A stretch of DNA of 24,509 nucleotides from assembly GCA_036507075.1 (NCBI GenBank), contig DASXQR010000199.1, positions 1-24,509 on the forward strand. The letters are read 5' to 3'. Position numbers and translations under genes: made by a program. This DNA is from Acidobacteriota bacterium (GTDB lineage: Bacteria > Acidobacteriota > UBA6911 > JACQSX01). Of the stretch, positions 8,666-17,123 are shown one piece after another. Numbering within the stretch: the first letter of the stretch is position 1; each line of letters begins with the position of its first letter. The notes beneath the pieces were generated by a model. The model searched no databases. It worked only from the letters and a program-made list of their open reading frames with translations, and was not told the DNA's origin.

Positions 8666-11600
8666 CTACTGCTTTCCCGCGTCCTCTTCCACTTTTACTT
8701 TTGCCTTGAATTCCTTTCCTCCGACTGTGAGCTTGACCATGTAGATTCCCGGTTCCATGGCAGGGCCCTGAAAACCACCTGCGCCGAAACCTCCCCCACC
8801 GCTTCCAAATCCGCCGCCGCCGCCGAATCCACCGCCGGGCGCCCCACCCGCTGTTCCGCTCACGGAGGTACCGGCCATTGTCGACTGAGGCGCGCTGGGC
8901 GTCCCTTCTGCCGATGCGGGACGGCCCGGAAAGCCGGTCGGCCTGCGCGGCGGCTCACCCCGCAGGTTCCACGGCACGCGGTTGATTCCAGCCTCCTTCG
9001 TTCCCTCCAGCGTGCGGACCACTTTTCCATCGATGTCCGAGATCGTGATCTTCACTTCCTCGCTTGCCGGAGCCTTTAAGTAATAACTGATTGCTGTTCC
9101 GGCCGGCGGGTTGGAAGCGCGGAAATTCTTCGCGCCTCCAAAAGTGCGGCTCAGCGTCACATCCTGCAGCCACTGCGTTCCGGGCCGCACGTCAAACAGA
9201 TGGGTCTCGGAACTCACGATTTTGTCAGACATCTGCTGCAGGGGCGTGATGTCGTCAAGGATGTAAATGCTTCGCCCATGCGTTGCAGCAATTACGTCGT
9301 TGTCACGCGGATGCACCAGAATGTCATCAACACGCACGGTCGGCATTCCGGTCATCATCGGCTTCCACTCTGCGCCCCCGTTGAGGGAAACGTAAAAACC
9401 AAACTCGGTGCCCAGATAAAGCAGGTTCTTGTTTTTCGGATCCTCGCGTACCACATTGATATTGGCCTGCGGAAGATTTCCGGGCAGCGGCTTCCACGTC
9501 GCGCCGTAGTCGCGCGTAACAAAGAGGTAGGGTTTCAAATCATCACCGCGATGCCCGTCAAAGCTGACATAGCAGGTGGCGGCGTCAAAGTGCGACGGCT
9601 CTACACGCGACACCTGGTGTGTTTTGGAAACATCGGGAACCCGGTCGCTTGTGTTCGTCCAGGTAGTTCCCCCGTCGCGCGTCAGTTGCACGTTTCCATC
9701 ATCCGTTCCCACCCAGAGAACACCCGGCAGTATCGGTGATTCCGCCAGTGTCGTGATGTTGCCATAGTTGGCGGTTCCGTCATTCTTGGAAGCCATCGGT
9801 TTGTCTCCGGGGATACCCATAATGGCAAGCTTGCTCCGGTCGATCTGCTTGCTCAAATCGGGGCTGATCACCATCCATGTTTCACCGCGATCCAGAGAGC
9901 GGAATAACTTGTTTGCCCCTACGTAAAGAGTGCGCGGGTTGTGCGGTGAGAGTTGAAAAGGAGTGTTCCAGTTGAATCGGTATTGCTCTCCTGGTGGTGG
10001 CGGGGGAACAATGTTGCTGGTCACCGGGCCGCGGAAGAAACCGAATCCGCCAGGCGTTTCTCCAGCCCCTGCCTGCGGCGCAGGCGTGGGAGCGGGACCA
10101 GGCTGCTCCGGATTGGGTTCCGAGCTTTGCGGGCGCTGCGGGGCGGAAGCCGAACGCGGGCGAATGCCGACAGACCGGCCTGTTCGCAGATCGAGCCTCA
10201 GAAGCGCGCCATTCTGCGATTCCGCATAGATGGTGTTGAAATCTACCGGATCCACCTGGGTGTAAAAGCCGTCGCCTCCACCCACTCGAAACCATTCGGC
10301 GTTGGTGATGCCCAAAGGATTGCGCGTGGCGCTCGGACCGCCCCAACTGCCGTTGTCCTGCAGCCCTCCGTAAACGTAATAGGGTTTTCGCATGTCGGCG
10401 GCAACGGCGTAAAACTGCCCTACCGGCACCGTGTTGACGTACTCCCAGGTGGCGCCCTGATCGTAACTTATGTCAAGGCCGCCGTCGTTGCCGATAATCA
10501 AATGATTGCTGTTCCTGGGATTGATCCACACGGCATGATGATCGCTGTGCGCAATTCCCCCCACCACGGCGAAGGTTTTTCCTCCATCGGTTGATTTGTG
10601 AAAAGGCGCGCCTCCCGTGTAGACGATCTGATCATTGGTGGGATCAACCCGAATCTGGCTGTAGTACATGGGCCGGTTATTGTTGTTGCTCATCAAATGC
10701 CAGGTTTTGCCTTTGTCCTCCGAACGCCATACACCGCTGCGCTCCGGATTGGGGGGTTGAGCGGGCTGGCCCTGTTGCCCGATGCCGCCCGCCCGGCGTT
10801 GCGACCCAGGCACGGCAGGCTGGCCCGTGGCACCGGGCGCCTGGCCCTGCGCGCCGGTTCCGGCCTGCGACGCAGGCGCCTGGCCTCCTGCACCGGCCGG
10901 TCCTCCAAAACCCCCGGAGGTTGATTCTCCGCCGGTTCCGGTGCTGGCGCCGACCTCAATCTGGGCATAAACCACATTCGGATTGGAACGGGAAACGTCA
11001 AGGCCGATACGCCCGGTCAATCCTGCAGGCAATCCCGCCCCGGACAATTTCGACCAGGTCTTGCCGGCATCGACAGTTTTCCAAATTCCGCTTCCCGGAC
11101 CTCCACCGTTGAAGCCCCAAGGCGTACGGCGTCGCTGGTAGGAGGCCGCATACAAGGTCTTGCTGTCAGACGCGTCCATGACCAGATCTGTAAATCCGGT
11201 GTCCTCATCGATGAACTTGACGTTAGCCCAGCTGGCTCCGCCGTCGGTTGTCTTGTATATCCCTCTTTCCTTGTTCGGGCCAAAGAGATGACCGAGAACG
11301 GCGACGTAAACAGTGTTGGAATCCTTGGGATCGATAACAATGCGCGGGATTGACTGCGTGTCCTTCAGACCCATGTTTTTGAAAGTCTTGCCCGCGTCTG
11401 TGGACTTGTAAACGCCATCTCCGAACGAGGAGCTCTGCCGATTGTTTGCTTCTCCGGTTCCCACCCACACAATATTGGGATCTGTCTGCGAGACGGCAAT
11501 GTCACCGATAGACGATGTTGAATAGGCATCGAAGATCGGTTCCCAAGTGGTTCCGTTATTGACGGTTTTCCACAGTCCTCCAGTCGCAAAACCGACATAG

Positions 11601-11863
11601 ATCACGAAGGGGTTGCTCTCAACCACGGCGATGTCGTCAATCCGGCCGCCCATATTGGCGGGCCCGACCGATCTCCATCGAAAATTCTTGAGCAGAGGAT
11701 CACTAGACTGGTTGACCGAAGGGGGAGCCGGCAGTTGAAGCTGGCCAGGCCCAGGCGTCGGCGCCTGTGCGGTACTGGTCACTTGCCCGATGGTCTGGTC
11801 CAGCAGCAGACCACAACCAACAACTGCGAGAATAGCCACCCAAAGACGAGCCCTTGTCATCAT
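8666..11863 (-). CDS. Secreted VPS10/sortilin-like BNR (Asp-box) repeat glycosyl hydrolase-like protein
   Basis: 1065 aa with a signal peptide and WRSVGPANMGGRIDDI. Many Asp-boxes (KTVNNGTTW, KSTDAGKTF, KTTDGGASW, SYDQGATW, TRDGGTTW, SLNGGAEW), plus GGLQDNGSW, GGGDGF and ATHGRSIYILDD. FlgD-like Ig C-terminus (GINRVPWNLR). Confidence 0.88.
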   Translation of the reverse strand: MMTRARLWVAILAVVGCGLLLDQTIGQVTSTAQAPTPGPGQLQLPAPPSVNQSSDPLLKNFRWRSVGPANMGGRIDDIAVVESNPFVIYVGFATGGLWKTVNNGTTWEPIFDAYSTSSIGDIAVSQTDPNIVWVGTGEANNRQSSSFGDGVYKSTDAGKTFKNMGLKDTQSIPRIVIDPKDSNTVYVAVLGHLFGPNKERGIYKTTDGGASWANVKFIDEDTGFTDLVMDASDSKTLYAASYQRRRTPWGFNGGGPGSGIWKTVDAGKTWSKLSGAGLPAGLTGRIGLDVSRSNPNVVYAQIEVGASTGTGGESTSGGFGGPAGAGGQAPASQAGTGAQGQAPGATGQPAVPGSQRRAGGIGQQGQPAQPPNPERSGVWRSEDKGKTWHLMSNNNNRPMYYSQIRVDPTNDQIVYTGGAPFHKSTDGGKTFAVVGGIAHSDHHAVWINPRNSNHLIIGNDGGLDISYDQGATWEYVNTVPVGQFYAVAADMRKPYYVYGGLQDNGSWGGPSATRNPLGITNAEWFRVGGGDGFYTQVDPVDFNTIYAESQNGALLRLDLRTGRSVGIRPRSASAPQRPQSSEPNPEQPGPAPTPAPQAGAGETPGGFGFFRGPVTSNIVPPPPPGEQYRFNWNTPFQLSPHNPRTLYVGANKLFRSLDRGETWMVISPDLSKQIDRSKLAIMGIPGDKPMASKNDGTANYGNITTLAESPILPGVLWVGTDDGNVQLTRDGGTTWTNTSDRVPDVSKTHQVSRVEPSHFDAATCYVSFDGHRGDDLKPYLFVTRDYGATWKPLPGNLPQANINVVREDPKNKNLLYLGTEFGFYVSLNGGAEWKPMMTGMPTVRVDDILVHPRDNDVIAATHGRSIYILDDITPLQQMSDKIVSSETHLFDVRPGTQWLQDVTLSRTFGGAKNFRASNPPAGTAISYYLKAPASEEVKITISDIDGKVVRTLEGTKEAGINRVPWNLRGEPPRRPTGFPGRPASAEGTPSAPQSTMAGTSVSGTAGGAPGGGFGGGGGFGSGGGGFGAGGFQGPAMEPGIYMVKLTVGGKEFKAKVKVEEDAGKQ

Positions 11864-11930
11864 GGTTTGCCCTTTCGAATCTGAGAAGACGTGAAGGCAA
11901 GAAGTATACCTTATACGTCAGAGGCAGGAA

Positions 11931-11958
11931 CGTTCTTCGCGCTTTCGTGCCCTTCGCG
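11931..11958. repeat. Single degenerate arm of the CTTCG(C/T)G 9-mer repeat family
   Basis: CGTTCTTCGCGCTTTCGTGCCCTTCGCG resembles the left arms at 15191, 18365 and 20900. No partner arm was seen. Confidence 0.4.
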
Positions 11959-11966
11959 CTGAAGTT

Positions 11967-12365
11967 TTAATGGAGAACTGCCCAGAGCCGCAGGAACAGG
12001 ATCACACCGCCCAGCGCAGAAAGAATCGTTCCCACCAGAGCCGCGCCGAAGCCGTCCGTTCGGGGATAAGCACCGCTGCGAATGTGGATCAACGCAATCA
12101 GCATAAAAAGGAGTCCTGCGAATACCAAGGCGAGAAAATAAAAATCGAGCGGCATCATTTCCCGCCGGCGGAAAAACACCGGATAAGGTGAAGTTACCAT
12201 GTCGCCCCAGGCTTCATTCTGAATCAGCCAGGCGATAAGAAAACCTCCCGAACCGACAATAGAGCCGACAATTCCACCGATCAATCCCCAAAATCTTTCT
12301 CGTCGCAGGCTCAGTCCTGAGGAAGGTTCCATGGGAGTATCCGAGTAAGGTATGGCCGGTGACAT
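11967..12365 (-). CDS. Small hypothetical integral membrane protein (3 TM helices)
   Basis: Three hydrophobic segments. Start moved to ATG 12365 because GGAGG lies 5 nt upstream of it; the ORF track start is 12377. Confidence 0.75.
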   Translation of the reverse strand: MSPAIPYSDTPMEPSSGLSLRRERFWGLIGGIVGSIVGSGGFLIAWLIQNEAWGDMVTSPYPVFFRRREMMPLDFYFLALVFAGLLFMLIALIHIRSGAYPRTDGFGAALVGTILSALGGVILFLRLWAVLH

Positions 12366-12540
12366 AGTCGCCTCCATGGGTATGAGAGGATGCGCAAATC
12401 CTATGCTTCGGCGTGCGGCAGGCGCATCCCTGATGTTGAGTTTGCGACACTATATACCAGATATGCCGGTTCGCAGATGGCAGGCCAAGCTGCTCCGGTC
12501 CACGGTGGCAAAAAGTCCAAACTCCAGGGATTGCCCCTGG

Positions 12541-12549
12541 TGTTACACT
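12541..12549 (+). promoter_or_regulatory. Putative extended -10 promoter (TG-T-TACACT) of the ICMT-family gene
   Basis: TGnTAnnnT match 14 nt upstream of ATG 12564, in a divergent intergenic region. Confidence 0.4.
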
Positions 12550-12563
12550 CGCCAGGGCAACCC

Positions 12564-13163
12564 ATGTCGCTACTTTCAATTCATCTTCTATTGCACGTGC
12601 TGATGGCCGCTGCCTGGGCGGCTTTCTTTGGCGTGTTCATTCACGCAAAAAGAAAACAGCCGTCCGGTGGTCCAAAAAAGCAGGAATCGACGCGATCACG
12701 AATCGGAATATTTCTCCAGGGAGTGTCGTTTTTCCTGATGGGGTTCGGCGACCGCACACCATGGCGGAATTCTGGCGATTTGAAGAACGCACAATGGAGT
12801 CTTCTGGCCGCCGTCGCCGGTTTAGCGATCCTTGCCGGATCTGCCTGGCTTGCCGGCGCAGCTATTGGAGTCTTGGGAAAACAGTGGAGTCTTACCGCCA
12901 GGTTGGTCGAAGGACATGAACTGGTCACAGGCGGTCCTTATCGTTTCGTTCGTCACCCGATTTACACCGCGCTGTTCGGGATGCTGTCAGGGTCGCTGCT
13001 GATGCACACCCGTCTCTGGATGTTTGCCGCTTCGATCCCAGTTTTTCTCGTTGGGACCTGGATTCGTATTCGCGAAGAAGACCGGCTGCTGGAGCAACAA
13101 TTCGGCCGCGCCTTCAAGTCCTACAAGGGCCGCGTACCGGCTCTGATTCCCGGGATCTGGTAA
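12564..13163 (+). CDS. Isoprenylcysteine carboxyl methyltransferase (ICMT/Ste14) family membrane protein
   Basis: LGKQWS...HELVTGGPYRFVRHPIY and RIREEDRLLEQQFGRAFKSYKGRVPALIP motifs with several TM helices. The likely start is ATG 12564; the extension to 12390 looks non-coding. Confidence 0.88.
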   Translation: MSLLSIHLLLHVLMAAAWAAFFGVFIHAKRKQPSGGPKKQESTRSRIGIFLQGVSFFLMGFGDRTPWRNSGDLKNAQWSLLAAVAGLAILAGSAWLAGAAIGVLGKQWSLTARLVEGHELVTGGPYRFVRHPIYTALFGMLSGSLLMHTRLWMFAASIPVFLVGTWIRIREEDRLLEQQFGRAFKSYKGRVPALIPGIW

Positions 13164-13194
13164 GGCCGGAAAGCAGGAGGCAGGGGGCAGGAGG
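13163..13194. repeat. Left heptamer arm (AGGCCGGA-AAGCAGG-AGGCAGG-GGGCAGG) upstream of the four-helix-bundle gene
   Basis: Same unit family and order as 2734-2852. It starts at the ICMT stop codon. Confidence 0.75.
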
Positions 13195-13290
13195 TCGTGA
13201 AAGTTTAAAAAAAGTTTCGCAGAATTCTGGTTTGGGCCGTTTGGTATAGCGAGAGGCAGGACGACAGACATGCCCTCGCTGGAGAAGCAA

Positions 13291-13662
13291 ATGGCTCAAG
13301 GATTCAGAGATCTAAAGGTCTACCAGTTGGCCTACAGATTGGCGATGGAGATCTTTGAACTATCTAAGACATTTCCCAAAGAGGAACGCTACTCACTTAC
13401 CGATCAGATCCGACGATCTTCAAGAAACGTAGCTACCAATATTGGCGAAGGGTATCGAAAGAAACGCTATCCGAAGATGTTTGTCAGCAAGATAGCGGAT
13501 GCCGATGGTGAAACTGCCGAAACTCAAGTCTTTTTGGACTTTGCCCGAGACTGCGGATATCTCCCTTGTCACCACCACGCCAGGCTTTTAGCCGGATACG
13601 AAGAGGTGGGAAGAATGCTTGGAGGGATGCTCGCCAACCCACACAAGTTTTCTAGAATTTAA
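13291..13662 (+). CDS. Four helix bundle protein (23S rRNA-IVP / TIGR02436-like family)
   Basis: FRDLKVYQLA...FPKEERYSLTDQIRRSSRNVATNIGEGY...GETAETQVFLDFARDCGYL...VGRML signature. GGAG RBS 6 nt before ATG 13291; alternative start 13270. Confidence 0.92.
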   Translation: MAQGFRDLKVYQLAYRLAMEIFELSKTFPKEERYSLTDQIRRSSRNVATNIGEGYRKKRYPKMFVSKIADADGETAETQVFLDFARDCGYLPCHHHARLLAGYEEVGRMLGGMLANPHKFSRI

Positions 13663-13812
13663 CTGCCCCCGGCTCCTGCCTCCTGCGACCTGCCTCCTGC
13701 GGCCTGCCCTGCCTCCTGCCTCCCGCCTCCTGCCTCCTGCCTCCTGCCTCCTGCCTCCTGGTTCCTGCCTGCTGCCTCCTGCCTTCCGCCTTCCGTCTTC
13801 CGCCTTCCGCCT
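13662..13812. repeat. Right heptamer arm (CCTGCCT block then TCCGCCT block, about 22 units)
   Basis: Begins at the four-helix-bundle stop. CCTGCCT-type units run to 13784, then four TCCGCCT-type units occupy 13785-13812. Confidence 0.93.
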
Positions 13813-13824
13813 CCGGTTATTTTT

Positions 13825-13851
13825 AACGCTCCCGGCGCACCTGTCGTCTAA
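13825..13851 (+). promoter_or_regulatory. Putative autoregulatory ECF sigma promoter (AAC-N17-CGTCTAA)
   Basis: AAC at 13825-13827 and CGTC at 13845-13848 with a 17-nt spacer, directly upstream of the ECF sigma gene. This matches the general ECF -35 AAC / -10 CGT pattern. Confidence 0.65.
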
Positions 13852-13855
13852 GACT

Positions 13856-14488
13856 ATGGAAAGACGAATTCGGAGACTGGCATTGCTTGTCGAGAATGTG
13901 TTAAGGCTTGGGCAGCCCGTCGAGGAGATCTGCTTGAGTAGTTCCCAGGACCGAGACCCGAGCTGGATGAATGAATCCAGTCTGGTGGAGGCGTGTCGAA
14001 GCGGGGACTTGCAGGCATTCGAGCAGATTTACCGGGACCACGGCGTGAGGATGAAGAGTATTGCCTGCAACCTCTTAGAGAATGTGCACGACGCCGAGGA
14101 TGCCGTACAGGAGGCTTTCCTGAAGATTTATCGGGGAATCCCGAAATTCAGAGGAGGCTCCTCACTGGCGACCTGGATCTACCGCATTCTTGTGAACACG
14201 TGTTACGACCTGCGTCGAAAGCGACAGCGGCGGATTGAAGATCCCGAGCTGAACCCGGGAGTGGAATTGAAATCTTCCACCCACTCGGGACGGGATCATC
14301 CGCTGCGGCTCACTCTGGAAAAGAATCTCGGTCGCCTCGAGCCGCGAGCCCGCACAGTGTTCCTGCTGTACGAAGTTGAAGGCTTCAAGCACTCCGAAAT
14401 CGCAGCAATTTTGAAAATCCCGGAAGGCACCTCCAAAAATGTGCTGTTCCAGGCCAAGCGGGAACTGCGGAGATTGATATGGCAGTGA
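13856..14488 (+). CDS. ECF (sigma-70 group 4) RNA polymerase sigma factor
   Basis: Region 2 GDLQAFEQIY...DAEDAVQEAFLKIY...F.G.SSLATWIYRILVNTCYD and region 4 RTVFLLYEVEGFKHSEIAAILKIPEGTSKNVLFQAK. The start is uncertain: ATG 13856 (leaderless), TTG 13934 (GAGGAG RBS) or ATG 13967. Confidence 0.92.
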   Translation: MERRIRRLALLVENVLRLGQPVEEICLSSSQDRDPSWMNESSLVEACRSGDLQAFEQIYRDHGVRMKSIACNLLENVHDAEDAVQEAFLKIYRGIPKFRGGSSLATWIYRILVNTCYDLRRKRQRRIEDPELNPGVELKSSTHSGRDHPLRLTLEKNLGRLEPRARTVFLLYEVEGFKHSEIAAILKIPEGTSKNVLFQAKRELRRLIWQ

Positions 14489-15156
14489 AATTGACTTGTA
14501 CGGACCTGGAAAGGGTTCTGCTGGGTCAGGATCCCGGCTTGCTCCAAATAATGGCAGATCACGCTCGAGGCTGCCCTGGATGCAGCGATGAGCTCACCAA
14601 GTGGTCCGCAATATCTGAGGCCGCGCGGTCGATGCATAAAGACTGGGAAACACCCGGGCTGTGGCCGGCAATCCGACAGGGATTGGCGGTAGAGACCGGC
14701 CGCCGATGGAGGTTTCCCACCCTGAGCGACCTTTTCGCGGGCCTGGCTGGCAACTGGCGGTTCGCCTCTGGCGCGCTGGTCATGGCAGTGATCTCGACAT
14801 CAATGGTGTGGTTGCTGGTTCAGCGGTCCGAATCCACTTCGGACACCATCCGACAGATCTCAGAAAACCGGCTGCTGACCGAACAGGCTTTACGCGAGGT
14901 AGAGGACTCGGAAGCTGCTTACCAGCGTTCAATCGACCGCCTTTTGAAGCTGGTAAAGCCGAAGATCCAAGACCCCCGCAGCCCCCTGCTGACCAACTAT
15001 CACGAAAAGCTGAAGCTGCTGGATGCCGCCATTGTCGAGTGTCGTGCCAATGTCGATCAGAATCGGTTCAATGCGCATTTACGTCTGGAATTGCTGGCGC
15101 TGTACCAGGAGAAACAACACACGCTTAAAGAACTGATAAAAGAGGAACACGAATGA
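14479..15156 (+). CDS. Transmembrane anti-sigma factor with zf-HC2 (ZAS) motif
   Basis: HARGCPGC (HxxxCxxC), one TM helix and a helical C-terminal domain. It overlaps the sigma stop and has a GGAG RBS. Confidence 0.85.
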   Translation: MAVKLTCTDLERVLLGQDPGLLQIMADHARGCPGCSDELTKWSAISEAARSMHKDWETPGLWPAIRQGLAVETGRRWRFPTLSDLFAGLAGNWRFASGALVMAVISTSMVWLLVQRSESTSDTIRQISENRLLTEQALREVEDSEAAYQRSIDRLLKLVKPKIQDPRSPLLTNYHEKLKLLDAAIVECRANVDQNRFNAHLRLELLALYQEKQHTLKELIKEEHE

Positions 15157-16991
15157 GAAGGAAAGAATATCCGGGCGGTAAGATGAACAGGCTTGGTGTC
15201 TTGGTGGTTCAAAAAGCGTTCAACCACCAAGACACCAGGCTGCCGTCGGATCCCCGAACACCGTCGTTGCTGATGGCGCTCATAGTCATGGTATTGGTTT
15301 CCTCCGTGGTGCTCGGCCGAGAGGCAGCGCGGGAGGAATTTACACGCAGCTTCCAGAAGAGCGTCACGCTGGGTCCCGGCCATGAGCTCCGACTGGACCA
15401 TCGGCAGGGAGATATCAGGATTCGGACCCATGCACAAAGAGAGACCAGCATTCACGCCAGTATTCGCGTTTCCGCCGACACCCTGGCGGAAGCCACAAAC
15501 TTCGGCAACCAGATTCAGATACAGGTAGAGCAGACCCCCCTTGCCGTCGCCGTGCGCACGGTCTATCCGGAAATGCGGGAGCGATGGTTTTACGGCCGGC
15601 GCAATGTTTCTTATTCCGTGGACTACGACATCCTCATGCCTGAGACAAGTCCCCTGCAAATCAAGAACAGTTTTGGGAATGTCACAGTCACCGGGCTTAA
15701 AGCCGCCGGGGACATTCGCAACTCGCACGGAACACTCGCCTTCCGTGAAGGCCGCGGCCTGCAGCGCCTGGAAAATTCATTCGGTGGGATCGAGGTGACG
15801 GCCAATACCGGAGACGTGAATATTGTCAACACGAACAACTTCGTGACTGCTTCACAGATCGAAGGCTCGCTCAGCGTGCGCAACCGTTTCGGGAAAGTCA
15901 CGGTGAATCGAGTGAGCCGTGGAGCAACCATTAACAACAGCAACGGCGACGTTCTTTTGTCCGAATCGGGCGCTCCATCCACGATTGTAAACTCGTTTGG
16001 AACGGTCACCGCAAGCAGCATCAGCGGAGACATTACGGCGCATAACGGGAACGGCGCCGTTGATGTAAGAAACATAACCGGAGCCGCGGACCTGGGAACT
16101 TCGTTCAGCTCCATCACCTTTTATGACATCCGCAGGAAGCTGACCTGCACGGCGACAAACTCGCGCATTTCGGGAAATAAAGTTGCTGAGGGAGCCATTA
16201 TCCGCACCACCTTCGGACCGGTGGATCTTCGAGACATAGGCGGCGCGCTGGAAGTTGACAATTCCAACGGAAAGATCACGGTGCAGGATGTCCGCGGAGC
16301 CGCGCAGCTAAAGACCTCCTTTGCGGAAGTAAGCGCCTCTAACGTGGCGGGGCCCGCAACGATAACCAACTCCAACGGCCCGGTAAAGGCAAGCAACGTG
16401 AGCGGAGCCATGGAAATTCGCAGCTCATTCTCGAACATCGACGTGAATTCGGCCCGCAAGGGCGTCAGAATCACTGCCGGCAACGGCAGCGTCGTTTTGA
16501 CCGACATTGGCGGAGATGCTTTCGTAAAGACCAGCTTTGGCCAGGTGCGCGCCGATAGAATCAACGGCGACCTGACCATCGAAAATACCAATGGCTCCGT
16601 GCAGGCCGGCGAAATCCGCGGGGCGGCCCGCATCACCAATAGCTTTAACCGCGTCTTCCTGTCCAACGTAGACGGGAGCGTTGACGTGTCGAGTCAGAAC
16701 GGATCTATCGAAGTCTCGGGCCTGGGCGCAAAGGCGGCTACGGCGCGCTGCAGCAATGTTTTCCTCAAGACTTCATTTGCGCCCATCAAGATTTATCTGC
16801 CGGAAAATGCCGGATTCACAGTCAGCGCCCGGACGTCCTTCGGCAAGATTTCCAGCGAGTTGCCGCTCACGGTCACAGGGCAGGTCAGCACGGATTCGCT
16901 CCTCGGAAAAATCGGCAAAGGGGATTGCGAGCTTCGACTCACCAACACCAGCGGAAATATAGAAATCCTGAAGGGTGTTCCCCGCAGGTAA
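15153..16991 (+). CDS. DUF4097 family beta-strand-repeat (putative adhesin-like) secreted protein
   Basis: 612 aa. A hydrophobic signal/TM segment is followed by many alternating (N/T)SFG / NSNG beta-repeats, ending ARTSFGKISSELP...LTNTSGNIEI. ATGA coupling to the anti-sigma gene. Confidence 0.87.
   Translation: MRRKEYPGGKMNRLGVLVVQKAFNHQDTRLPSDPRTPSLLMALIVMVLVSSVVLGREAAREEFTRSFQKSVTLGPGHELRLDHRQGDIRIRTHAQRETSIHASIRVSADTLAEATNFGNQIQIQVEQTPLAVAVRTVYPEMRERWFYGRRNVSYSVDYDILMPETSPLQIKNSFGNVTVTGLKAAGDIRNSHGTLAFREGRGLQRLENSFGGIEVTANTGDVNIVNTNNFVTASQIEGSLSVRNRFGKVTVNRVSRGATINNSNGDVLLSESGAPSTIVNSFGTVTASSISGDITAHNGNGAVDVRNITGAADLGTSFSSITFYDIRRKLTCTATNSRISGNKVAEGAIIRTTFGPVDLRDIGGALEVDNSNGKITVQDVRGAAQLKTSFAEVSASNVAGPATITNSNGPVKASNVSGAMEIRSSFSNIDVNSARKGVRITAGNGSVVLTDIGGDAFVKTSFGQVRADRINGDLTIENTNGSVQAGEIRGAARITNSFNRVFLSNVDGSVDVSSQNGSIEVSGLGAKAATARCSNVFLKTSFAPIKIYLPENAGFTVSARTSFGKISSELPLTVTGQVSTDSLLGKIGKGDCELRLTNTSGNIEILKGVPRR
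15191..15240. repeat. CTTGGTGTCTTGGTGGT hairpin element inside the 5' end of the DUF4097 ORF
   Basis: 19-bp arms (15191-15209 and 15222-15240) with one mismatch. The left arm is identical to the one at 18365. Confidence 0.85.
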
Positions 16992-17054
16992 AAACCACAA
17001 AGTTTTTCTAACCACATTTTTCATTGCAGAATCAATTCGGGTGAGCAAGCAGCA

Positions 17055-17116
17055 GACCGCGGAGCGGTCAAAGAATATAGCCAGGGGCAAGCGCGTTTTT
17101 TGCGCGCCGCCCCCGG
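17055..17116 (+). repeat. 62-bp structured dispersed repeat, copy 1
   Basis: 58/62 identical to 24361-24422. Contains hairpins GACCGC-GGA-GCGGTC and CCAGGGGC...GCCCCCGG. Confidence 0.85.
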
Positions 17117-17123
17117 GAAGCCG

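Noticed and set aside
13291..13662. Diversity-generating retroelement suggested by the Avd-like fold, or a 23S rRNA intervening sequence
   Set aside because: No reverse transcriptase, no TR/VR pair differing at adenines and no rRNA sequence in the window.
13619..13855. N-terminal extension of the ECF sigma ORF
   Set aside because: It is read-through of the CCTGCCT array (LLPPAS repeats) upstream of the predicted promoter.
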